A stretch of 64,000 bases of DNA, taken from contig JAGTJX010000001.1 of assembly GCA_023657465.1 (NCBI GenBank), positions 109,090-173,089 on the forward strand. Direction: 5' to 3'. Numbering within the stretch: the first letter of the stretch is position 1; every line of letters begins with the position of its first letter. Shown here one piece after another: positions 18,707 through 28,825 of this stretch. Origin of the DNA: Lysobacteraceae bacterium (GTDB taxonomy: Bacteria > Bdellovibrionota > UBA1018 > JAGTJX01). The notes below the pieces were generated by a model. It had not been told where the DNA came from and ran no database searches. It saw only the letters and a list, made by a program, of their open reading frames with translations. Made by a program: the position numbers and the translations under genes.

Positions 18707-20583
18707 TATCTAGCATCTTGCACTGTCACGCTTGGTTCAGCAACTGTACTCTGCTGAGCGGGAGATCTTGGAGCATCTTCCATCTCTGGAAGAATCATGT
18801 CCTTCTTTGGGTTTGTTGCAATCATACGATGCAAACCATCAATTTTACTCACTAGCGCTTTCTTAGAGCTCTCATCGTCTGTCATGAGTCTTGAGGCTTC
18901 TTGATATTGAACAATCGCCTTCTCAAGTAAGTTTGCATGAACGTAAACGTCGCCTAGATGTTCCAAGATCGTAGGCTCATCCGGTTTCATCTTAACAGCC
19001 TTTTCGAGCTGAACGACTGCTTCCGAAACTTTGCCACGAGCAAACAGGTACCAACCCCATGAATCTTGCACGTAACCGTTATCAGGTCTCAACTGTAACG
19101 CACGCTTGAGCAACTGTTCAGCGTCATCAAGCTTCGTTCTTTGTGATGTCCAAGTGTATCCAACATAATTCAGAGCATCCACATTATCTGGATTCTTCTC
19201 TAGAATCGCTTGCATCATTTTTAAACTCTTCTCAGTCTCGTTCTTCTTGTCATAGAGGCTACCGAGATAATAGAGAACCTTTTCGTCTTCAGGGAAGAGC
19301 TTAGCCGCACGTTCCATTGTAGTGATGGCTGAGTCAATGCGTCTGCTTTCTTCATCAAGACTTGCGCTCAGGATGTGGAAGTTCACGATTTTAGGATCAC
19401 TACTCACCGCTTCAGAAGCAACACTCTGCGCCTCACCTAAGCGATCACTCTGTTTCAGTAAGTGTGCAGAATGAAGGACTGCGTCTTGGTAGAAACGAGA
19501 TTGCTGATTGATCTTTCTCAAGTGCTGAACGGCGAGATCCGTATTCTTCTGTTCTTCATAGATACTACCCAAGTAGAAATGCACTCGGTCAGAGTCTGGT
19601 GTTTTCTCTAAGATCTTTTTGAACGCCTTAATCGACTTGTCGTAATCCTTCATTTCCATGTAGACGAGACCCAGCTTCACTTTCGCATTGAGATCTTCTG
19701 GGTCAGCTGCTTGCACAACTTCGAGATAAGGAATGGATTCTTTGTACTTACCCTTCTTCAGAAGAAGTGTAGAGATTCGACTGGCTGCTGCGACTTCGCG
19801 AGTGCGAACGAATAATTCTTCATAAGCCTTGATCGCCTTGTCCATGTCACCTTTGATCTCATACATATAGCCCAGAGCGAGTCCTGGCTGAATGAATTGT
19901 TCATTGATTTGCATTGCCTTTTTAAAAGCAATTTCAGCTTCTTTTTGATTATCTCTGTGAGCTTGAGCTCGACCCATATAGTACCAAACTGCTGCAGAGT
20001 TTGCGTTCTTCTTCAGGTAACCACCTAAGACTGCAACCGCTTCATCAGACTTATGATCTTCAATCATCAGCTGTGCTTTGAAGACGATCGCTTCTTCGTT
20101 CTTAGGATTTGTTTTTAGAATCGTGTCATACTCTGCAAGAGCTGCGCGGTTGTCGTTTGCTGCAGAATAAATTCCAGCTAGAATCAAACGAACGTCATCA
20201 AACTTCGGATTAATCTTCAGAGCTTCTTTGCAAGACTCCATCGCCTGAGATCCCATTCCTTTTCGAATGTACTCAGTTGCTATTCTAGCGTGCACGAGCG
20301 CAGATTTTGGATCGTACATCAGGACTGCTTTGTATTCTTCGATAGCTTTGTCAGAACTTCCATCAGATGAGTAAGCTTGCGCTAGAGCAAAATGCGTCTC
20401 CGCGTTTTGTTCGTGTGACTCAGGTTGTTTTTGTTCGTAAGAGACTAACTTCTCTTCCGCGATGGGAGCTTCTTGATTTGTCTGTATTCCCCAAAAATTT
20501 TTCTGAATAGGAGTGCTGCAAGACGCAAGTCCGACCGTCAACATAATGACGGCTAACTTATTGTATTTAATGGTGTTTTTCAT
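18706..20583 (-). CDS. TPR-repeat lipoprotein
   Basis: Many 34-aa TPR units (..A...Y..AL..nP.n..). Start moved to the ATG at 20583 (MKNTIKYNKLAVIMLTVGLASC, lipobox). Confidence 0.75.
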   Translation of the reverse strand: MKNTIKYNKLAVIMLTVGLASCSTPIQKNFWGIQTNQEAPIAEEKLVSYEQKQPESHEQNAETHFALAQAYSSDGSSDKAIEEYKAVLMYDPKSALVHARIATEYIRKGMGSQAMESCKEALKINPKFDDVRLILAGIYSAANDNRAALAEYDTILKTNPKNEEAIVFKAQLMIEDHKSDEAVAVLGGYLKKNANSAAVWYYMGRAQAHRDNQKEAEIAFKKAMQINEQFIQPGLALGYMYEIKGDMDKAIKAYEELFVRTREVAAASRISTLLLKKGKYKESIPYLEVVQAADPEDLNAKVKLGLVYMEMKDYDKSIKAFKKILEKTPDSDRVHFYLGSIYEEQKNTDLAVQHLRKINQQSRFYQDAVLHSAHLLKQSDRLGEAQSVASEAVSSDPKIVNFHILSASLDEESRRIDSAITTMERAAKLFPEDEKVLYYLGSLYDKKNETEKSLKMMQAILEKNPDNVDALNYVGYTWTSQRTKLDDAEQLLKRALQLRPDNGYVQDSWGWYLFARGKVSEAVVQLEKAVKMKPDEPTILEHLGDVYVHANLLEKAIVQYQEASRLMTDDESSKKALVSKIDGLHRMIATNPKKDMILPEMEDAPRSPAQQSTVAEPSVTVQDAR

Positions 20584-20749
20584 GAGCACACATCCCCTTA
20601 AAAAGAGATCGGCTACGCACCAAAAAAACTTGATGAATATGCGCAAAGGGTCACTTGACTTTGGCGCATGGGGTTGATACGCGAACCTATACGCAACAAT
20701 AACACCACGCAACGCAAGTTGTGGGGTGAGGTTGAAGCGGAATTGGGGT

Positions 20750-20777
20750 GCTCGATTTTAAATTTTTAAAATCGAGC
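20750..20777. promoter_or_regulatory. 28-bp palindrome (13-bp perfect arms) in the divergent TPR-operon/phaR promoter region
   Basis: GCTCGATTTTAAA-TT-TTTAAAATCGAGC. Confidence 0.45.
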
Positions 20778-20917
20778 AAGGTAATAACAAGGTCGAGAGT
20801 AGTAAAATTTGATCAAACAAATCAACTATTTTAGACCGGGCTCACTCCCTGAGCTTAAAACCACTGTTTTGCGATCAGAATTTGGTCGCTGAATTAGAAG
20901 GAGTAGTAGGGGGAAGT

Positions 20918-21289
20918 ATGAAAGAAATTAAGACCATTAAACGTTATCAGAACCGTAAGTTATACGACACACACGAGTCCAGCTATGTGACTCTTGATGA
21001 AATCGCGAAAATGATCAAAAACGGCGAAGACATCCGCGTGATCGACAACAAGACAAAGAACGACATTACGTCGGCAACTTTGACTCAGCTTCTTTATGAA
21101 AGCGAAAGAAAGGCTAAAACTCAGCCTTCTGTTGAGCTTCTGAAAGAAATCATCCGTAGTGGTGATGGATCTTTCTCTGGCTTCATCGCTGTTAAAATGA
21201 AGGGCGAGTTCGCGAAATTTGAAACCGCGATCCCAGCAGCTACATTGTCTTCAAACGACATGTCTGCAAGCGCTTCTTTAAGCCAATAA
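20918..21289 (+). CDS. phaR: PhaR-like polyhydroxyalkanoate synthesis regulator (PHB_acc_N DNA-binding domain)
   Basis: IKRYQNRKLYDTHESSYVTLDEIAKMIKNGEDIRVIDNKTKNDIT. Start set to the ATG at 20918, downstream of a GGAG-rich SD. Confidence 0.75.
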   Translation: MKEIKTIKRYQNRKLYDTHESSYVTLDEIAKMIKNGEDIRVIDNKTKNDITSATLTQLLYESERKAKTQPSVELLKEIIRSGDGSFSGFIAVKMKGEFAKFETAIPAATLSSNDMSASASLSQ

Positions 21290-21371
21290 TAACGGTTTTT
21301 TGACTGTCTAAGGCTGTTTTATTTTTCTATTGTGGTGTTGTGTAAAAATGCAATTCAGCTACAATTAAAGA

Positions 21372-22097
21372 ATGAAAATCTTAGACTTCAAAAACTGGAA
21401 AATGAGAATTAGAAAAAAGGCCGTATTCACAAGTTGGGCGATTATTAGTCTCCTAGCTTACAGTGATACGGCCTTTTCTGCTTCTTGGTCTTCAAAAGGT
21501 AACGGAACCTGGGGATCAGCAGGTGCACCTCATTCAGCAAAAGCTTCTCAAAGCATTGCTGAAGCAAGTAACTCAGATCCACAACCCTTCAGTCCTGGAT
21601 CACACAATTTCGCTGTCGACTTAGGACAGGTGATGCTGGTCGGTGATCTCTCAAAATTCCAAAACAACTTGGGAGCCCAGATTCACTACTCTTATGGAGT
21701 GAGCGATCTTTTCTCCTTCGACTCAGCGATTGGGTACTCCGAGCACTCAGTCAATCCACTCGTTTCAGCTCCTGGCAGCTTCCTCTCCATGGCTTCTCTA
21801 CAGACAGGTGTGAGAACGAATCTGAATTGGTATGACAAGATCATTCCTTACGCTTCATTTGGTGTAGGGTTCTATAGACCTTCGATGAAGCTCTCTTCTA
21901 CGACTGAGATATCAAACATCCTCTTCGGACTCTATGTGGGACCTGGAGTGGATCTTCAGATCAGCGACAGAGCGTTCTTCGGAACATCACTCACTCTCAA
22001 TAGTATTTTTGGATCTACTATCATCGCTCAAGGCAAGGCCATTGAGCTTGGTGGAACTTACATGAATTTCATGGTTCATGCCGGCGTGAGTTTTTAA
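21372..22097 (+). CDS. Outer-membrane beta-barrel protein (OmpA-barrel / OMP_b-brl-like)
   Basis: Signal peptide ending AFSA, alternating beta-strand pattern, and C-terminal HAGVSF with terminal Phe. Confidence 0.6.
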   Translation: MKILDFKNWKMRIRKKAVFTSWAIISLLAYSDTAFSASWSSKGNGTWGSAGAPHSAKASQSIAEASNSDPQPFSPGSHNFAVDLGQVMLVGDLSKFQNNLGAQIHYSYGVSDLFSFDSAIGYSEHSVNPLVSAPGSFLSMASLQTGVRTNLNWYDKIIPYASFGVGFYRPSMKLSSTTEISNILFGLYVGPGVDLQISDRAFFGTSLTLNSIFGSTIIAQGKAIELGGTYMNFMVHAGVSF

Positions 22098-22950
22098 TCA
22101 ACTCTTGAAGTTTTTCTTTTCCAACGATGTAATTCTCAGAGCAGAAGTCACATTTCACTTCAGCTCCATTTTGATTTTCAATCATGGAGTTGAGTTCGAC
22201 CTCACCTACAAGGGCTAACGCTCTTTCTACTCGCCCTAGAGTGCAATGACATTTGAAACTGAGATTTTTTGTTTCTAAGAATGAGAATGTGGCATTCTGA
22301 AACAAATGAGCTAATGCTTGCTTAGGTTCAAGTTGATTAGAAATATGAAACACCTGATCTTCGATCCACTTGAGATCCTTATCCGAAGCGCCGGGAAGTG
22401 CCTGAACCATGAAGGCGTGTGCTCCGTGGACCTTACCTTCGTGGACATTTACTACGATGCCTAAAGCTGTAGGAACTTGTTCACTCTGAGCCCAATAAAA
22501 CGTTAAATCTTTTGCAAGCTTTCCTGTCACGAGTGGGACGGTACCGATATAGGGCCGCTCTTGAGAAATATCTTTGGTTCGCAGGACTGAGAGGAGTCCA
22601 TCACCCCACGGACCTGTGTTCTCACCGATTGAATAGGGCGTAGAGCTCTCTCTAGGCACGACGTACCCTCTCACGCTTCCGTCTGGATAGGCGTCTATTA
22701 CAGCCTGAAATACGACTCCAGAGCTTCTGATATTGAGGTTGATGTGCTCACCTTTTTTGCAGTGAGAGGCCAGGAGTAGTGCTCCTAATACCGATTCACC
22801 GAAACTTTGGATCGCCTTGTCTTCCTTGAAACCATGGCGGGCAACTGCCTTCTGGGTGAGGTCAGTCGCATCGATCGCAATCCCACTCACGGTTCCCGTG
22901 GTTAAGAGTGCCTTGACCCAAGTACTGGATGATTGAATTTGAATCGCCAT
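22069..22950 (-). CDS. hslO: Redox-regulated chaperone Hsp33
   Basis: C-terminal zinc centre FKCHCTLGR ... VKCDFCSENY (CxC + CxxC). Length 293 aa. Confidence 0.88.
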   Translation of the reverse strand: MAIQIQSSSTWVKALLTTGTVSGIAIDATDLTQKAVARHGFKEDKAIQSFGESVLGALLLASHCKKGEHINLNIRSSGVVFQAVIDAYPDGSVRGYVVPRESSTPYSIGENTGPWGDGLLSVLRTKDISQERPYIGTVPLVTGKLAKDLTFYWAQSEQVPTALGIVVNVHEGKVHGAHAFMVQALPGASDKDLKWIEDQVFHISNQLEPKQALAHLFQNATFSFLETKNLSFKCHCTLGRVERALALVGEVELNSMIENQNGAEVKCDFCSENYIVGKEKLQELIKNSRRHEP

Positions 22951-22965
22951 GGATTGATCTCTAAC

Positions 22966-23001
22966 AAAAAAAAAGCCCCAGGGAGAATCTCTCCCCGGGG
23001 C
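22966..23001 (-). terminator. Rho-independent terminator of groES-groEL
   Basis: On the minus strand, GCCCCGGGGAGAGATTCTCCCTGGGGC is followed by T9. It starts 17 nt after the groEL stop. Confidence 0.8.
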
Positions 23002-23017
23002 TAAATCTTTAAAGGAA

Positions 23018-24679
<1,662 letters not shown>

Positions 24680-24690
24680 TTAATTAATTT

Positions 24691-24978
24691 CTACTGAACA
24701 ATGCCTAGAATATCTTCTTCACGCATCATGAGATATTCGTCGCCTTCGATTTTGATTTCTGTTCCTGCATATTTTCCGAACAAAATACGATCACCTTTTT
24801 TAACATCGAGAGCGCGGACTGTGCCGTCATCACTGATACGTCCAGAACCGACAGCGATCACTTCGCCTTGGACTGGTTTTTCTTTAGCTGTATCTGGAAT
24901 GAAAATTCCGCCTTTTGATTTTTCTTCTTCGATGAAACGTTTTACGAGAACGCGATCATGTAATGGTCTAACTTGCAT
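24691..24978 (-). CDS. groS: Co-chaperonin GroES
   Basis: [14 protein letters not shown]...[13 protein letters not shown]; 95 aa. Confidence 0.97.
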   Translation of the reverse strand: MQVRPLHDRVLVKRFIEEEKSKGGIFIPDTAKEKPVQGEVIAVGSGRISDDGTVRALDVKKGDRILFGKYAGTEIKIEGDEYLMMREEDILGIVQ

Positions 24979-25081
24979 GTATGCCTCCTAAGTTAATTGT
25001 TAATCCCGAAATCCTTGATTCTTCTACCAAATTTGCTGCATTGCGCAAAGTAAAATCACCAAGAGTTTTCTTGTGTTAGTT

Positions 25082-25110
25082 TATATGGTGGTCAGGACGA
25101 AAATTGTCAA
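25082..25110 (-). promoter_or_regulatory. Candidate sigma70-type promoter for groES (TTGACA-17 nt-CATATA)
   Basis: The minus strand reads TTGACA at 25110-25105, then a 17-nt spacer, then CATATA. I saw no CIRCE inverted repeat in 24979-25146. Confidence 0.3.
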
Positions 25111-25146
25111 TTACGAAACCCCAAAATTTTGTAGACTAAGAAGGAT

Positions 25147-25620
25147 ATGTCCATAAAAACAGCTATAAACTATATTAGTTTAATCATTATTATTCTTATT
25201 AGCTTTTCAAATGAAAATGCGCATGCAGCCAAGAAAAAGAAAAAACGCGCTCAAGAACCCGATCAACCCGTGGGGTATGAAGTCTATTCGGCAACTGAGC
25301 TGGGCTCTCCAGGCTCAGACGCGCTCAACGATAGAGGCTTAGTTGCACCTGATCCAAAAGTTAAAGACGAAGACCTCCTAGTAAAAAGAGAAATGGTGAG
25401 TGCAATGCAACCTCCTGCTCCCCCAGTCAATGATCCGATTACGCCTATTAAACTAAATGAGTTCGACTCTGTTCCACAGAGCCAAATTGAGTCTGTTGCA
25501 GCACGTTTAAAATTAGTCGAACAAATTTTGAGAAAACATAAACGTGCATACGATTACAGATCCAATACGAGCGTTGAGCTTCAAGCAGTTCAAATCTACC
25601 TAGACAAAAAAAGTCACTAG
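25147..25620 (+). CDS. Hypothetical secreted protein
   Basis: Signal peptide (ISLIIIILISFSNENAHA) followed by a KKKKKR stretch. I recognised no family. Confidence 0.5.
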   Translation: MSIKTAINYISLIIIILISFSNENAHAAKKKKKRAQEPDQPVGYEVYSATELGSPGSDALNDRGLVAPDPKVKDEDLLVKREMVSAMQPPAPPVNDPITPIKLNEFDSVPQSQIESVAARLKLVEQILRKHKRAYDYRSNTSVELQAVQIYLDKKSH

Positions 25621-25680
25621 TTGCGTTTTAAATGAAATTCGCATAGCCATACTCTTCTTACGACATTAGAGACTTCCTAT

Positions 25681-25756
25681 GGGTAGGTAGCTCAGTCGGT
25701 AGAGCAATGCCCTGAAAAGGCATGTGTCGGCGGTTCGATTCCGTCCCTACCCACCA
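25681..25756 (+). tRNA. tRNA-Phe (anticodon GAA), CCA encoded
   Basis: GGGTAGGTAGCTCAGTCGGTAGAGCAATGCCCTGAAAAGGCATGTGTCGGCGGTTCGATTCCGTCCCTACCCACCA. Acceptor GGGTAGG/CCTACCC. Confidence 0.95.
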
Positions 25757-25854
25757 TTTTCAAACGGTCTATACCGGACACCTATGACCGATCACTCTCG
25801 GAAGATTGCAAAAAAAGTCTACGAAACCATTTCAAAGAAGGTCACTCGCTCTCC

Positions 25855-26352
25855 ATGCATGCATTCGACTCACATAAACAATTTTTAGGCGATTTCAATT
25901 ACCGAAGTCGCAGAGCTGATGCGATCTTTTACCACTACACTTCATCCTGGATGATGGGTTGGGCAGCACTGACAGAAAATGTCGACTCCTTTTTTGGTGT
26001 AAAAAGAATTGAGAAAAAAGAAACCTCTGCGAGTTTTTACATTGCTGAAGACCCGTTCAGCTCTGCTCAGCACGGAAATATTCAAATTAAAATCGAAATG
26101 GATCCCAATGCCGTCGTTGTTGGCGGAAGCCCGTCGTCGATGCAAAATACAATTAATCAGAACTTTCCCTATCTTTCCCATTGCTGGGATCCACGGCTGA
26201 GTGTTTTCGATAAAGAGAACTCCTATTACAATCTTATATAGGAAGGAAACGACATTGATTTGTACCATTACACGGGTATGGATGATTGGTTTCAACTCAT
26301 TAAACGATCCAAAATCAAAAGCATCTCTATAGGTAAAAAGAATGAGTGGTAA
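25855..26352 (+). pseudogene. Hypothetical gene interrupted by an in-frame TAG (26239-26241)
   Basis: The 128-codon ORF continues in the same frame for 36 more sense codons (EGNDIDLYHYTGMDDWFQL..) to TAA at 26350-26352. That is 3 nt before the convergent antitoxin stop. Confidence 0.45.
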
Positions 26353-26355
26353 TCA

Positions 26356-26664
26356 CTAACCCACCTTGAGTTTTGTCTCAGGATAAAGGGCTTCGAGGTA
26401 CACAATCAGGCGATCCGTCGAAAAGTCTTCGATTCGGTGGCGAAGGATTTTACTCACTTTCCCTTTATCAATGCCCATGATCTTCCCCATCTGTTCAAGA
26501 GTGAGATCGTGATCGTGTTTGTACTTCACGAACTTCTGACACAGATCCCATCGGAACTTTTCAAGAGTTGTGGGATTTTCTGGCATCATTAAAGTGCCTT
26601 CCGCTTTTTCTAATTTCTTGCGAATTTTATTCAACTCAGATTCTTTTGGGAATGCCATATTCAT
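26356..26664 (-). CDS. XRE/HTH_37-like antitoxin
   Basis: LTLEQMGKIMGIDKGKVSKILRHRIEDFSTDRLIVYLEAL matches the HTH plus fS.d.Li..L tail pattern. The start ATG forms an ATGA overlap with the toxin stop (tcat at 26661-26664). Confidence 0.65.
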   Translation of the reverse strand: MNMAFPKESELNKIRKKLEKAEGTLMMPENPTTLEKFRWDLCQKFVKYKHDHDLTLEQMGKIMGIDKGKVSKILRHRIEDFSTDRLIVYLEALYPETKLKVG

Positions 26665-26843
26665 ATCCTCCGATAGGCGTTTACGACGCCTATATAAATT
26701 TGATTCTTTTCGAACAACCAAATGAGCTTGTAGAGCTTTCCTTTGTACTCAAGTCGATCTGCGACGAAGTATTCAAATTCACCTGCGGTTTCATCAGGCT
26801 CAAACTCGTCTCCATCTAGTTTCTTGACCAACTCTAAAATCAA
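26661..26843 (-). CDS. Short putative RelE/HigB-2-like toxin (TTG start)
   Basis: 60 aa ending KLYKLIWLFEKNQIYIGVVNAYRRI, which resembles the C-terminal beta-strands of RelE/ParE-fold toxins. It is translationally coupled to the HTH protein. Confidence 0.4.
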   Translation of the reverse strand: MILELVKKLDGDEFEPDETAGEFEYFVADRLEYKGKLYKLIWLFEKNQIYIGVVNAYRRI

Positions 26844-27148
26844 CTCATCGTTGATCGAGTTGGAGTGCTTAACTCGTAATGAGGATCAATAATAACTTTG
26901 GAAATCTTCCTTTTATTGACCGTCAGTCGAACTGCTTACTCTTTCCGCTTAGTCACAGAACCAGAATATCAAAAGTTGCTATATTTGGCAACATCAGATT
27001 CACGACTTACACCTGGCATGCCTAGAGATCTGATATATACATGCGTGAACCTTAAATTCCCCAAATCGATTTTAACGCTTTTAACCGACAAAGAGTCTTG
27101 CTTTGAATGATTTTCCAAGCAATCACAGCCGTTTATCTTTGTTTGCAG

Positions 27149-27175
27149 GCAGTGCGTTGCCGTCCCTACCCACTA
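27149..27175 (+). repeat. Direct repeat of the tRNA-Phe 3' end (att-like scar)
   Basis: GCAGTGCGTTGCCGTCCCTACCCACTA compared with the tRNA GCGGTTCGATTCCGTCCCTACCCACCA. Confidence 0.6.
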
Positions 27176-27230
27176 TTCTTCAATTCTTAAAAATAACTAC
27201 ACTTAAAATGTTATATGGTAAGACCACTCT

Positions 27231-27827
27231 ATGAAAACAATCATTGCGTTATTAGGCTTACTTTCTTTCAACTCCTCAGTTCAAGCTCAAGAACAAAACT
27301 TTAGATTGATCGACAAACAAGGTCTCCTTCCAAAAATCGAAGCATTTTTAGGAACACAGAATTTCGATACTGCTTTTAAAAAGGGCGACAGCATGACCCT
27401 GGAAATGATGGGATCAACAACTGCAACAGGAAAAGTACAAAAAGTAAAAAAGAACTTCGTAGTGATTACTGGACAAAAAAAGAAAAAATTTACACGTAAG
27501 GAATTTGATCAATTCAAAGGCAACATGATGCTCATCACGTTGAACGATTCAAACTCAAAACAAGAAATTAACGGACAAGTAACTAAGAATACATATGAAC
27601 TTGAGAAAATTGCTCATACAAAATTCGAGCTCGACAACGGTCAAAACATCGATGCATTGATTATCACTCTCGTTATTCCAGGTGGAAACTTTGGTGGATT
27701 TTTTGACTTGAGTACACGGGTTGAATTTATTTTAGGAAAAGGCGTTCCTTCTGTAAGTCAATTACTCTCACTTGAGTGGGATGGACAAAACTTGTTCCGT
27801 CTCGTTTCGTACAGCGCAAAAAGATAA
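27231..27827 (+). CDS. Hypothetical secreted protein
   Basis: Signal peptide ending VQAQ; Lys-rich; no recognised family. Confidence 0.5.
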   Translation: MKTIIALLGLLSFNSSVQAQEQNFRLIDKQGLLPKIEAFLGTQNFDTAFKKGDSMTLEMMGSTTATGKVQKVKKNFVVITGQKKKKFTRKEFDQFKGNMMLITLNDSNSKQEINGQVTKNTYELEKIAHTKFELDNGQNIDALIITLVIPGGNFGGFFDLSTRVEFILGKGVPSVSQLLSLEWDGQNLFRLVSYSAKR

Positions 27828-27945
27828 ATAAACTCCTGTAGCTGATAAAGGTGGGGCTAGACGGTTGACCAAACCACCATTTTTAATCAATACTTGATTT
27901 TTCTTATCCCAAAGTTACTCTTTAAAGACACTTAGGGGAGAATTC

Positions 27946-28818
27946 ATGTTCAAACAAATATTCGCTATTTTGGCTGTTTCAGTAATCACTGCAGGTTGTG
28001 GAAAAACCACTGAAGACCTCAATGATCTTCAAATAAGTACGCTCAAAGAATTCACCTCTAGTGCCTCAAGCCTCAACTCCTCAACTGAAGCGAATGGAGT
28101 GAGCACTGGCGGTCACGCTCCTAACCTCGCTGGAGGACGAAGCATTTCAAACCCAGGACTTACTTTCTTTTCCCAATCCAATGATCTCACGCTGAACGAA
28201 AAAACATTAAAGATGACCGACATTCTCAAGCTAGCTGTCAAAGAAGGCCGCTGCAAAGTTATTTCAATCCATACCGCTTTGGGCTCACTCACTGAGTTCT
28301 CAGGACCATCCAATGCATTCAACTTTACTGATCCTAAGAAGGACTGTCCTGTTTACGCAAAAATTGCATTTAAAGTCATCACGGCTACCGATTCAACTTT
28401 TGATATCAACTTCCAAGCATTGAGCCAAGAATTCAAAGAATTCTCTGACATTGATTTGGTCGATCTCTCCTTTAAATTTAATATCGCGACTCCAATTAAA
28501 AACTCGTACAGCTCTAGAATGGAAGGCTCAGGAACGATTCGCTCGCAAAAAATTGGATCCGTTGGGGTGAGCTTTAAAAACACAAGTGAAACGAATCTAC
28601 TTACAGGCAACTTGGATGAAAAAATTCGCGCTACAGGCAACGCAGACTTAAGTATGGAATTCAAGAACTTCGCAGTGGAACTCGCTGCTGATTATACAGG
28701 TGGCGCAAACTCAATGACTGCAAAGTATAAACTGAACGGTAAAGATATGACCGATGAGGAAATCAACGAGTACTTCTCTGGAATGACTCCAGTAAAATCG
28801 AGTTTAAGTAATAAATAA
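27946..28818 (+). CDS. Hypothetical lipoprotein
   Basis: Lipobox ITAGC; Ser/Asn-rich. Confidence 0.55.
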   Translation: MFKQIFAILAVSVITAGCGKTTEDLNDLQISTLKEFTSSASSLNSSTEANGVSTGGHAPNLAGGRSISNPGLTFFSQSNDLTLNEKTLKMTDILKLAVKEGRCKVISIHTALGSLTEFSGPSNAFNFTDPKKDCPVYAKIAFKVITATDSTFDINFQALSQEFKEFSDIDLVDLSFKFNIATPIKNSYSSRMEGSGTIRSQKIGSVGVSFKNTSETNLLTGNLDEKIRATGNADLSMEFKNFAVELAADYTGGANSMTAKYKLNGKDMTDEEINEYFSGMTPVKSSLSNK

Positions 28819-28825
28819 TTAGAGT

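Larger units (their letters stand above)
25730..27175. mobile_element. Remnant tRNA-Phe-associated genomic islet (no integrase left)
   Basis: It is bounded by the tRNA 3' end (25730-25756) and a decayed direct copy of it (27149-27175; 22/27 identical with a perfect 14-nt core CCGTCCCTACCCAC). It carries a disrupted ORF and a TA pair. Confidence 0.55.

Noticed and set aside
24979-25146. I looked for a CIRCE element (TTAGCACTC-N9-GAGTGCTAA) or a clear sigma32 promoter upstream of groES.
   Set aside because: No CIRCE-like inverted repeat is present, and the CTTGAA/CCCCAT match is poor. Only a weak sigma70-like TTGACA-17-CATATA could be listed, at low confidence.
26898-27120. A possible integrase remnant at the distal end of the tRNA-Phe islet. 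The plus-strand 70-aa ORF and the minus-strand frame read ..NLRFTHVYIRSLGMPGVSRESDVAKY...
   Set aside because: The resemblance to the tyrosine-recombinase HxLRHT...LGH...Y region is too weak and short to support a call. The 70-aa ORF has no start context.
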